Source: Macrostomum lignano (taxonomy: Eukaryota). Taken from it: DNA of 64,000 nt. The notes below the pieces were generated by a model. It was given only the letters and a program-made list of their open reading frames with translations, ran no database searches and was not told the origin of the DNA. Position numbers and translations under genes: made by a program. Positions 50,255-61,436 of the stretch are shown piece by piece; the stretch's first letter is position 1, and the number at the start of each line of letters is the position of its first letter. The DNA lies in contig NIVC01001010.1 in assembly GCA_002269645.1 (NCBI GenBank), forward strand, positions 62,001-126,000, written 5' to 3'.

Positions 50255-51110
50255 ACTTGTTCTCTGGTGGATGCTTGTTATTTAAGAATGGATACTTGCT
50301 ATCAGGGGGATGCTTGCTCTTGGGGGTGGAGAGTACTTGCTATCTGAGAGGGGGTTGCTAGATATCTATAAGGTCTCTTTGTATCCAGGTTATGCTTGCT
50401 ATCAGGGGTTGCTTGCTGTCTGGGGGATGCTTGCTATCTGGGGGATGCTTGCTATCTGGGGGATGCTTGCTATCTGTGGGATGCTTGCTATCTGGGGGAT
50501 GCTTGCTATCTGCGGGATGCTTACTATCTGGGGTCTGGGGGAATGCTTGCTATCTGGGGGATGCTTGCTATCTGGGGGATGCTTGCGATCTGGGGGATGC
50601 TTGCTATCTGGGGGATGCTTGCTATCTAGGGGATGCTTGTTCTCTGGTGGATGCTTGTTATTTAAGAATGGATACTTGCTATCAGGGGGATGCTTGCTCT
50701 TGGGGGTGGAGAGTACTTGCTATCTGAGAGGGGGTTGCTAGATATCTATAAGGTCTCTTTGTATCCAGGTTATGCTTGCTATCAGGGGTTGCTTGCTGTC
50801 TGGGGGATGCTTGCGATCTGGGGGATGCTTGCGATCTGGGGGATGCTTGCTATCTGTGGGATGCTTGCGATCTGGGGGATGCTTGCTATCTGGGGGATGC
50901 TTACTATCTGGGGTCTGGGGGAATGCTTGCTATCTGGGGGATGCTTGCTATCTCGGGGATGCTTGCGATCTGGGGGATGCTGGCTATCTTGGGTTGCTTT
51001 CTATCGGGGGGATGCTTGCTATCTGGGGGATGCTTGCAGTCTGGGGGATGCTTGCTATTTGGGGATCGATGCTTGAATGCTGTCTGAGGATGCTTGCTAT
51101 CTTGGGATGT
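50255..51110. repeat. 18-bp minisatellite inside a 380-bp tandem duplication
   Basis: Unit tgggggatgcttgctatc; identical unique spacer at about 50262 and 50642. Confidence 0.9.
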
Positions 51111-52783
51111 TTTGTTTTTAAGAGGGAATGTCTGTTGTTTTTTTATGAAGGCTTTATTTTGCTGTCTATTTGTTATTTGTAAAGAACAAGGATTCTATCC
51201 AGATGTCCCCCATCGGGGGGCAAATATTGCTAGTTAGAATCTAAAATTAGAAAAAGCACAAATATTATTTGATATTAGCTATTATTACTAAGCACCCAAA
51301 ATCAAATATCAAAAACTAAAAAGTCAAGGGAACAATGCATTGTGTGCTACCTAGACTCATTTTTTATTAGACACATGCTTCCAGTGCCACAAGTTCTTAT
51401 CACTTATAATCTTATTATATAAATTATATTGACTTTTTAAAACAACCTATGAAATTATATTGGCCATAAGACTTAGATTTACTTTGTTGCCAAAATTTGA
51501 TAACAAATCAAAGATTATATATTTTTACTTAATCTACTACTATATATTTTTAAATATATAGGCTTATCTACATTCAAATTCATTGCTAGTTGACAATTTT
51601 AACCTAATCTAATGGTAATGCATTTAAGCAATTTTATAAACATTAGAATGTTTTTAAAAAGTGGGAGATAGGGGTATGGCTCTTTTAAACCTCCATTCTA
51701 ATGCCTATAATCATTACTAATTGCTAATCTAATGCCAATGGATCTGATCCTAGATCTGACCCAATCTGATTTATTTTGTTTCTACCTTTTATTTAAAAAA
51801 GCAATTGCTTATATTATAAATAAATTAATTTTGAAAATAATTTTAGCACTTTATTTAGCAAAAAATATAGCAAGAGTTGCTAAAAAAAGGATGACAGGCA
51901 AGTACCATTGATGGTCCTCCTACTTTAAAAGTAAGAAGGCCATATCCCCTTTCCAACCCTTTCTCATTTTGATACCTATGCTAGGTTTTTTTTCGCCAGA
52001 GACCAGGTGCAAAATCGCACCTTGTGCCAAATTTCAAGGTGTGATTCTAAGGCTCAGAGTGCAATTTCTCTTGAGTCTTGTTTCAGACAACTGGGAATGT
52101 ATATTTTAATATCTTACATAAGGCTATAGCCATAGGCTATATCGCCTATATGACTTAATATGATTTAAAGAGTTATTTTGTTTCATATTTTAAGGCAGTG
52201 CATGAAAAATAGCTTAAGCATGGTTAAGCCTTTAAAGAAAAATGGTTATAAGACTGCACCTAAACTGCACCTACTTTTTTAATTTCAGGGTGCCATTTTA
52301 AAATTTAGGGTACATACGCACACTGTGCGCACAAAAAAACCCTGTACCTATGAGCAATTTTATATTTTAAAAGTTTTATAGCAATTTGAAAAGTAGCAAT
52401 TATAATAAAAATAAAAAAATAAAAAGGAAAGTATTAAGTAAAAAGGAGTAAAAATAAAAAAATATGAAGAAAAAGAAAAGGGAAAGATTAGAAAAGAGAA
52501 GGGGAAAGGAGAATTAAAAGTTGAAAAGAAAAAAAGAGTAGAAGAAAAAAGAACTAAGAAGAGATACAGAATTTGAGTAGGCTAGATTGCTTTTATTAAG
52601 TTGCAAAGGGCCTAAAAGCCAGATAGAGAGGCTTCATGGGCTAGAGTTTATCAACTGCTATTATATGTGCCAGTATAGTGAAAAGTGCATCAATTTGCTT
52701 TATACTAGTCATATTACAAATATCTTAGTGTTAGAAATCCTCAATATTTTTGTTAATTTTTTTAACTATTTCTAAAATTGTAG

Positions 52784-52840
52784 TTCATCTTCTCCAATGA
52801 GACTAAACCCAGCTTGCTGATGACTTGGGCAGGCAATCAG
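52784..52840 (+). CDS. sort1: Sortilin exon A (FIFSNETKPSLLMTWAGNQ)
   Basis: ttgtag| ... CAG|GTGAGT; corresponds to the first VPS10 strand (SLSWVG-like); upstream exon(s) with signal peptide not found. Confidence 0.65.
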
Positions 52841-52925
52841 GTGAGTTTTATCAGCAATTACTATTGAACTGTTCTGCTAAGGCTCATTAATAATGCTCAT
52901 ATATAATAAATGTAATTAATTTCAG

Positions 52926-53351
52926 ACGCTCATCATAGTGACTATTCGAACACAGGGTGTTCTAACCCGCGACTCCAGCGTCTACAGAAGCACCAACGAT
53001 GGCCGGACCTTTGTCAACATCACCGCCAAGATCCTTGAAGCCGGCGCTACCAGTTCCGCCCTTCTAGTGTCCCAATCGCTGGGCCTGAAGCGAAATCCAG
53101 CCCAGCCAGCCAGAATCTACCTGGCCTGCCACGACCCCGCTAAGCTGGGCGGCGCCACCGGACTTCTCTATTACACTCTGGATGGCGGTGCCACCTGGCA
53201 CTTGTCCAGCCCCGGGTTTCCGGTCCAATCTGCTCAGATTTTGTTTCACACTGACAAGCCCGATTGGCTGCTTGCCCAGGCCGGTGACAAGCTGTATTTG
53301 TCAGTTAATGCCGGTCAGGATTGGCGTTTGATTAAGAAGCGCGTGTTCAAG
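52926..53351 (+). CDS. sort1: Sortilin exon B
   Basis: Asp-box motifs YRSTNDGRTF, YYTLDGGATW, YLSVNAGQDW; tttcag| and AAG|GTGAAT. Confidence 0.88.
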
Positions 53352-53374
53352 GTGAATTAATTGGTTTGAGAGTG

Positions 53375-54200
53375 ACTGTCTAACAGGTTCTTGGAGCCTA
53401 GATGTCTAACAGGTGCTGGGAGCCTAGATGTATAGCAGGTGCTAAGAGAGGTGTTTAACAGGTGCTGGGAGCCTAGATGTCTAACAGGTGCTGGGAGCCT
53501 AGATGTATAGCAGGTGCTGAGAGAGGTGTTTAACAGGTGCTGGGAGCCTAGATGTCTAACAGGTGCTGGGAGCCTAGATGTATAGCAGGTGCTGAGAGAG
53601 GTGTTTAACAGGTGCTGGGAGCCTAGATGTCTAACAGGTGCTGGGAGCCTAGATGTCTAACAGGTGCTGGGAGAGTAGGTGTCTAGCAGATATGAGACTC
53701 CCGTCTAACATGTACAGACCAGTGTCGAACAGATGTCTAACAGATGAAGAATCCCCTGTCTAACAGATGTACAGGCCAGTGTCTAACAGATGCAGAATCC
53801 CCTGTCTAACAGGTGTACAGGCCATTGCCTAACAGATGCAGAATCCCCTGTCTAACAGATGTACAGGCCAGTGTCTAACAGATGCAGAATCCCCTGTCTA
53901 ACAGGTGTACAGGCCATTGCCTAACAGATGCAGAATCCCCTGTCTAACAGATGTACAGGCCAGTGTCTAACAGATGCAGAATCCCCTGTCTAACAGATGT
54001 ACAGGCCAGTGTCTAACAGATGCAGAATCCCCTGTCTAACAGGTGTACAGGCCAGTGTCTAACAGATGCAGAATCCCCTGTCTAACAGATGTACAGGCCA
54101 GTGTCTAACAGATGCAGAATCCCCTGTCTAACAGGTGTACGGGCCAGTGTCTAACAGATGCAGAATCCCCTGTCTAACAGGTGTACAGGCCAGTGTCTAA
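53375..54200. repeat. 23-26 bp minisatellites filling sortilin intron B-C
   Basis: Units gtctaacaggtgctgggagcctagat, then tctaacagatgcagaatcccctg alternating with tctaacaRRtgtacaggccagtg. Confidence 0.95.
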
Positions 54201-54264
54201 CACGGCAGTGAAGCGGCAGTCTGAAGTAATCAGTTGTAAAGATTCCCCACCTACTAAACCGCAG

Positions 54265-54531
54265 GCCTCCTGGGGCGTTAGTGCCGATGATAAGGACAGT
54301 ATCTACGCTGCATTTGATGGCGAAGCCAGCTTCGTATCTCTGCTGCGCGACGGCGTCGCTTCGAGCAATCACAGGCTGCCCGGCCGGCAACTCGCGAAGC
54401 TGACGGACTTCACTGCCGGGTCCAATAATTGGAAAACACTGGCTGAGAAAATCTACTCTTATAACAATAAGGACGGCTTTATTTTTATATCCAAATCGGA
54501 CGAGGGCAAGGCCGAGTCCAGGCATTTAGAG
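54265..54531 (+). CDS. sort1: Sortilin exon C
   Basis: ccgcag|GCC TCC TGG ... GAG|GTATCG; KTLAEKIYSYNNKDGFIFIS. Confidence 0.8.
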
Positions 54532-54589
54532 GTATCGTCTTTATTTTCACAGTCGCCTTAGTGGCTAAGCTCGCATTGATAAATTCTCT

Positions 54590-55360
54590 CTTTCACAACC
54601 ATAAGTCTCACTTTCACAACCATAATTCTCACTTTCACAACCATTATTCTCACTTTCACAACCATAATTCTCACTTTCACAACCATAATTCTCACTTTCA
54701 CAACCATAATTCTCACTTTCACAACCATAATTCTCACTTTCACAACCATAATTCTCACTTTCACAACCATAATTCTCACTTTCACAACCATAATTCTCAC
54801 TTTCACAACCATAATTCTCACTTTCACAACCATAAGTCTCACTTTCACAACCATAATTCTCACTTTCACAACCATAATTCTCACTTTCACAACCATAATT
54901 CTCACTTTCACAACCATAATTCTCACTTTCACAACCATAATTCTCACTTTCACAACCATAATTCTCACTTTCACAACCATAATTCTCACTTTCACAACCA
55001 TAATTCTCACTTTCACAACCATAATTCTCACTTTCACAACCATAATTCTCACTTTCACAACCATAATTCTCACTTTCACAACCATAATTCTCACTTTCAC
55101 AACCATAATTCTCACTTTCACAACCATAATTCTCACTTTCACAACCATAATTCTCACTTTCACAACCATAATTCTCACTTTCACAACCATAATTCTCACT
55201 TTCACAACCATAAGTCTCACTTTCACAACCATAATTCTCACTTTCACAACCATAATTCTCACTTTCACAACCATAATTCTCACTTTCACAACCATAATTC
55301 TCACTTTCACAACCATAATTCTCACTTTCACAACCATAATTCTCACTTTCACAACCATAA
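54590..55360. repeat. 21-bp minisatellite filling sortilin intron C-D
   Basis: Unit ctcactttcacaaccataatt, highly homogeneous. Confidence 0.95.
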
Positions 55361-55479
55361 TAGCAGTGACCTCTAACGTTTGACCTTCAACTTCCCTGCT
55401 TAATTGCTACTTTCATAGCTTCAATTCCCACTTGCACAATTGAAACCCTAAATCATATATTCACAATTATAATTGGCAG

Positions 55480-55872
55480 GTATCAACAGACTGCGGCAAG
55501 ACATTCGTTCGCACTCAGCTGCCTTCAGCTACTCCGGACAGATTCTTTGTCATCTTGGACACCAGCGATGGTCTGGCCTTCGTGCACATCGACGCTGGCA
55601 ACTACCTGGGCTACGGCACTCTGTACACCTCCAACAGTCTTGGCCAGGTGTTCTCCAAATCCCTGGAGAGGAATTTCTACCCTCCGCTTGGCGGCAGCAG
55701 CGACTTCTACAAGGTTGAGTCAATGCGCGGCGCCTTCCTGAGCACCGTGCTGCACTCTGACGCGTCCATGCACTCCGTGATCACGCATAATAGGGGCGCG
55801 GTGTGGCGGCACCTCAGTAAACCTGACGGTGTCACGTGTACGACTACTGATGGCGGCCCGTGCTATCTGCAG
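55480..55872 (+). CDS. sort1: Sortilin exon D
   Basis: VSTDCGKTF, GTLYTSNSLGQVFSKSLERN, DFYKVESMRG, SVITHNRGAVW closely follow sortilin. Confidence 0.92.
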
Positions 55873-55894
55873 GTGAGACCTCTGAGATAGAAGT

Positions 55895-56420
55895 TCTAAT
55901 CTCATGGGTGAGATCTCGGAGACAGTAGGTCTAATCTCATAGGTGAGATCTCGGAGACAGTAGGTCTAATATCATGGGTGAGATCTCGGAGACAGTAGGC
56001 CTAATCTCATGGGTGAGATCTCGGATACAGTAGGTCTAATCTCATGGGTGAGATCTCTTAGTAGTTAAATCTCATGGGTGAGATCTCGGAGACAGTAGGT
56101 CTAATCTCATGGGTGAGATCTCGGAGACAGTAGGTCTAATATCATGGGTGAGATCTCGGAGACAGTAGGTCTAATCTCATGGGTGAGATCTCTTAGTAGT
56201 TAAATCTCATGGGTGAGATCTCGTGAGACAGTAGGTCTAATCTCATGTGTGAGATCTCGTGAGACAATTTCTAATCTGATGGGTGAGATCTCTTAGTAGT
56301 GATATTTCATGGGTGAGATCTCGTGAGACAGTCGGTCTTATCTCATGGGTGAGATCTCGGAGACAGTAGGTCTAATCTCATAAGTGAGATCTCCGAGACA
56401 GTCGGTCTAATCTCATGGTC
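55895..56420. repeat. About 35-bp minisatellite filling sortilin intron D-E
   Basis: Unit ctaatctcatgggtgagatctcggagacagtaggt. Confidence 0.95.
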
Positions 56421-56447
56421 TAATATCACCGCCCAACCGCCTGTCAG

Positions 56448-56855
56448 GTGGCCTCCTATTACAGCATCAGCCGCAGTGTGCCGGCCGACCAGCCCAGATC
56501 AGCGCCTAGTGCCGTCGGCCTTCTTATCGTTCACGGCCACACCGCCGCCAAACTGCAGTCGAACCCAGCCGACGTGTACATCAGCAGCGACGGCGGCTAT
56601 TCCTGGTACCTGGCTTTGAAAGGCCCGCATCGCGTGCAGATTGGCAACAATGGCAATTTTCTTGTAGCGGTTGAGAAATCTGCTAACGGCAGCTCGCCGC
56701 AGGTTGTTAAATTTAGCACCGACGCTGGCCGGTGCTGGCACAGCCATCGGTTCACTACGGAGGACTACGTGTTCACTGGCCTGCTCACCGAGCCGGGCAA
56801 TCGGGCACTCACAGTTGCTATCTGGGGCTACGTTAGCGAGCTGCATCACTGGCGG
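56448..56855 (+). CDS. sort1: Sortilin exon E
   Basis: SAPSAVGLLIVHG, DVYISSDGGYSW, GPH, FSTDAGRCW, TGLLTEPG. Confidence 0.93.
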
Positions 56856-56924
56856 GTGAGCATTCAATTATCACCTGTTAAAACCATATGTGCGTGGTCT
56901 ACTGATTTCTGTTCTAGTGTTGTC

Positions 56925-57420
56925 AGCCGTAGTGTACTTTGGGGGGGGGTCGATTGACCCCTCTATTTAGCGTTGCCAGCCATTGTGTACATTAGGGGGT
57001 CGATTGACCCCTCTATTTAGTGTTGTCAGCCATAGTGTACATCGGGGGTCGATTGACCCCTCTATTTAGTGTTGTCAGCCATAGTGTACATCGGGGGTCG
57101 ATTGACCCCTCTATTTAGTGTTGTCAGCCATAGTGTACATCGGGGTCGATTGACCCCTCTATTTAGTGTTGTCAGCCATAGTGTACATCGGGGGTCGATT
57201 GACCCCTCTATTTAGTGTTGTCAGCCATAGTGTACATCGGGGGTCGATTGACCCCTCTATTTAGTGTTGTCAGCCATAGTGTACATCGGGGGTCGATTGA
57301 CCCCTCTATTTAGTGTTGTCAGCCATAGTGTACATCGGGGGTCGATTGACCCCTCTATTTAGTGTTGTCAGCCATAGTGTACATCGGGGGGTCAATTGAC
57401 CCCTCTATTGAAGTTGTCAA
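56925..57420. repeat. 49-bp hairpin-containing minisatellite (sortilin intron E-F)
   Basis: Unit tgtacatcgggggtcgattgacccctctatttagtgttgtcagccatag. Confidence 0.95.
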
Positions 57421-57834
57421 AAATTTAGTGGGGAAGTCAATTGACCTCTGTATAGGTTTGATTGCCCACTATTTAAGGTCTGAAAACAGCACGGGCCCAC
57501 TCTGTGCGCTCTCCTTTGCCTTTGCTAGCGATGATCAACAATATTATTTTTGCCTTCAGAGACCATGCGTGCACTGCGAACTTATGTTTCGCCAGGACCA
57601 GCTCTTGCTGTTATCAATATCAGTCTAACACTGACTTATGCAGTTAGCACTGGCCCTGACTAAAATTTATTCGCTCTTATCTCAGACATACTTTCTTGTT
57701 TGGTATCTGCGCATTGAGCATGGACTGGCCTTGCCATGCCGGAATGTGCAATCTGTATTTTATGTCTACTTGGGACTGCGTTAGTGTGTAGCTTTCGATT
57801 CTGTATATTGCGTCTCTCCGTTCTCTCCCAGTCT

Positions 57835-59945
57835 CTCCCCGAATCTCCATTCTCTCTGAATCTTTAATCTCTCCATTTTAATCACCAATCTCTCCTATGA
57901 ATCTCCATTCTCTCTGAATCTTTAATCTCTCCATTTTAATCACCAATCTCTCCTATGAATCTCCATTCTCTCTGAATCTTTAATCTCTCCATTTTAATCA
58001 CCAATCTCTCCTATAAATCTCCATTCTCTCTGAATCTTTAATCTCTCCATTTTAATCACCAATCTCTCCTATGAATCTCCATTCTCTCTGAATCTTTAAT
58101 CTCTCCATTTTAATCACCAATCTCTCCTATGAATCTCCATTCTCTCTGAATCTTTAATCTCTCCATTTTAATCAGCCAATCTCTCCCCGAATCTCCATTC
58201 TCTCTGAATCTTTAATCTCTCCATTTTAATCACCAATCTCTCCTATGAATCTCCATTCTTTCCATCTGAATCTCCATTCTCTCTGAATCTTTAATCTCTC
58301 CATTTTAATCACCAATCTCTCCCATGAATCTCCATTCTCTCTGAATCTTTAATCTCTCCATTTTAATCACCAATCTCTCCTATGAATCTCCATTCTCTCT
58401 GAATCTTTAATCTCTCCATTTTAATCACCAATCTCTCCTATGAATCTCCATTCTTTCCATCTGAATCTCCATTCTCTCTGAATCTTTAATCTCTCCATTT
58501 TAATCACCAATCTCTCCCATGAATCTCCATTCTCTCTGAATCTTTAATCTCTCCATTTTAATCACCAATCTCTCCTATGAATCTCCATTCTCTCTGAATC
58601 TTTAATCTCTCCATTTTAATCACCAATCTCTCCCCGAATCTCCATTCTCTCTGAATCTTTAATCTCTCCATTTTAATCACCAATCTCTCCTATGAATCTC
58701 CATTCTTTCCATCTGAATCTCCATTCTCTCTGAATCTTTAATCTCTCCATTTTAATCACCAATCTCTCCTATGAATCTCCATTCTCTCTGAATCTTTAAT
58801 CTCTCCATTTTAATCACCAATCTCTCCTATGAATCTCCATTCTTTCCATCTGAATCTCCATTCTCTCTGAATCTTTAATCTCTCCATTTTAATCACCAAT
58901 CTCTCCATGAATCTCCATTCTCTCTGAATCTTTAATCTCTCCATTTTAATCACCAATCTCTCCCATGAATCTCCATTCTCTCTGAATCTTTAATCTCTCC
59001 ATTTTAATCACCAATCTCTCCTATGAATCTCCATTCTCTCTGAATCTTTAATCTCTCCATTTTAATCACCAATCTCTCCTATGAATCTCCATTCTCTCTG
59101 AATCTTTAATCTCTCCATTTTAATCACCAATCTCTCCTATGAATCTCCATTCTCTCTGAATCTTTAATCTCTCCATTTTAATCACCAATCTCTCCTATGA
59201 ATCTCCATTCTCTCTGAATCTTTAATCTCTCCATTTTAATCACCAATCTCTCCTATGAATCTCCATTCTCTCTGAATCTTTAATCTCTCCATTTTAATCA
59301 CCAATCTCTCCTATGAATCTCCATTCTCTCTGAATCTTTAATCTCTCCATTTTAATCACCAATCTCTCCTATGAATCTCCATTCTCTCTGAATCTTTAAT
59401 CTCTCCATTTTAATCACCAATCTCTCCTATGAATCTCCATTCTTTCCATCTGAATCTCCATTTTCTCCATCTGAATCTCTATTATCTCCATCTGAATCTC
59501 CATTCTCTCCATCTGAATCTCCATTCTCTTTATCTGAATCTCCATTCTCTCCATCTGAATCTCTATTATCTCCATCTGAATCTCCATTCTCTCCATCTGA
59601 ATCTCCATTCTCTTTATCTGAATCTCCATTCTCTCCATCTGAATCTCTATTATCTCCATCTGAATCTCCATTCTCTCCATCTGAATCTCTATTATTTCCA
59701 TCTGAATCTCCATTCTCTCCATCTGAATCTCCATTCTCTCCATCTGAATCTCTATTATCTCCATCTGAATCTCCATTCTCTCCATCTGAATCTCCATTCT
59801 CTCCATCTGAATCTCCATTCTCTTTATCTGAATTTCCATTCTCTCCATCTGAATCTCTATTATCTCCATCTGAATCTCCATTCTTTCCATCTGAATCTCC
59901 ATTCTCTCTATCTGAATCTCCATTCTCTCCATCTGAAGCTCCATT
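57835..59945. repeat. 58-bp pyrimidine-rich satellite grading into a related 21-bp unit near 59425 (sortilin intron E-F)
   Basis: Units atctccattctctctgaatctttaatctctccattttaatcaccaatctctcctatga and tctccatctgaatctccattc. Confidence 0.95.
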
Positions 59946-59987
59946 CTCTACCTCTAACTCCCCATTGTGCCCTCCCATCCGCCGCAG

Positions 59988-60395
59988 GTGTTCGTAGTCG
60001 ACCTTGGCGTGCTTCTGAGCAGAAGCTGCACAGACAGCGACTACGAGTCCTGGCTGAGCAACGGGGCGGTGAACTACGACAACGCCAACCACCAGGCCTG
60101 TGTGTTAGGCGCCAAAGAGACAATCAAGCGGCTGAAGGCGGACAGCATGTGCGCCAGCACCTACAGTTACAAGCCGCAGACCAGCGTGACGCCGTGCGAG
60201 TGCACTAAAGACGATTTCGAATGCGAATTTGGCTACACCCGGCCGGTCAACAGCCTGGACTGCGTGCGCGACCCCGACGTGCCAACGCCTAGAATCTGCG
60301 ACGCCAACACGGTTAAGAAGATTATTACCGAGGGGTATAGGAAACTGCCTCGCAACCGTTGCCAGGGCGGATTTCAGCCAAATGTAACGCATCAG
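59988..60395 (+). CDS. sort1: Sortilin exon F (10CC cysteine-rich module)
   Basis: CTDSDYESW, CVLG, LKADSMC, CECTKDDFECEFGY, GYRKLPRNRCQGG. Confidence 0.93.
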
Positions 60396-60430
60396 GTGAG
60401 CGAGGCCATTTTGCTGAGGCCTATTCTGCA

Positions 60431-60900
60431 ACTGACTGACTGACTGACTGACTGACTGACTGACTGACTGACTGACTGACTGACTGACTGACTGACTGAC
60501 TGACTGACTGACTGACTGACTGACTGACTGACTGACTGACTGACTGACTGACTGACTGACTGACTGACTGACTGACTGACTGACTGACTGACTGACTGAC
60601 TGACTGACTGACTGACTGACTGACTGACTGACTGACTGACTGACTGACTGACTGACTGACTGACTGACTGACTGACTGACTGACTGACTGACTGACTGAC
60701 TGACTGACTGACTGACTGACTGACTGACTGACTGACTGACTGACTGACTGACTGACTGACTGACTGACTGACTGACTGACTGACTGACTGACTGACTGAC
60801 TGACTGACTGACTGACTGACTGACTGACTGACTGACTGACTGACTGACTGACTGACTGACTGACTGACTGACTGACTGACTGACTGACTGACTGACTGAC
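60431..60900. repeat. Perfect (ACTG)n, 470 bp, making up most of sortilin intron F-G
   Basis: Direct reading. Confidence 0.97.
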
Positions 60901-60922
60901 CCCCAATCTCACCCCCAACCAG

Positions 60923-61414
60923 GAGGTGCTGCACGAGGCCAGCTGTCCGCAGCCAACCGAGGATCCCAGGGCCCGAGACGGCCGCCTCCTCATCCAGAGC
61001 ATCGAGCAGCAGCGGCAGCAGGCCGAACTGGATAAAACCCGACGCACAGTTGGCCTGATGGTTCCCCTGGCCATCACCGTGGCAATCCTGCTCGCCATCG
61101 TGCTCAGCCTGGTGGTGCTCGCCCGGCACCGGGAGCGTCGACGTCGCCGACTCGCCTTCCACTATTCGATCGTGTCCGCGGCCGGCCGTCGGGGCGACGA
61201 AGCTGACGGCGAGGATGTCGAATATCAAGCCGCCGACGACATCCTGCAAGGCGGCGGCGGCAGCGGCGGATTCTACAACGCCACTGGTGCCACAGAGCGG
61301 CGCCCGACTAATGGCGGCGGCAAGATGAGGGCCAGCGATAAGCAGGCTTTGCTTGGCGGCGGCGAGGATGATGAAGCTGTGAGAGTCCCCAGCTGCCCCT
61401 TGGTTTATCTATAG
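60923..61414 (+). CDS. sort1: Sortilin terminal exon: juxtamembrane, TM helix and cytoplasmic tail
   Basis: TM GLMVPLAITVAILLAIVLSLVVLA, basic stop-transfer RHRERRRRR, YSIV (YxxPhi), DKQALL, acidic EDDE. The start could be 60923 or 60926 (NAGNAG); the end is uncertain. Confidence 0.8.
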   Translation, partial: EVLHEASCPQPTEDPRARDGRLLIQSIEQQRQQAELDKTRRTVGLMVPLAITVAILLAIVLSLVVLARHRERRRRRLAFHYSIVSAAGRRGDEADGEDVEYQAADDILQGGGGSGGFYNATGATERRPTNGGGKMRASDKQALLGGGEDDEAVRVPSCPLVYL

Positions 61415-61436
61415 TTTAGCGACGTGAACCTAGCAT

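Noticed and set aside
54181-54264. N-terminal extension of the 54181-54561 ORF
   Set aside because: Starts in the intronic satellite; the real exon begins at the ccgcag acceptor.
54558-60092. Long MVVKVRI, HFHNHNS, MEIQMER and DGENGDS repeat ORFs
   Set aside because: 21-bp intronic minisatellites open in several frames.
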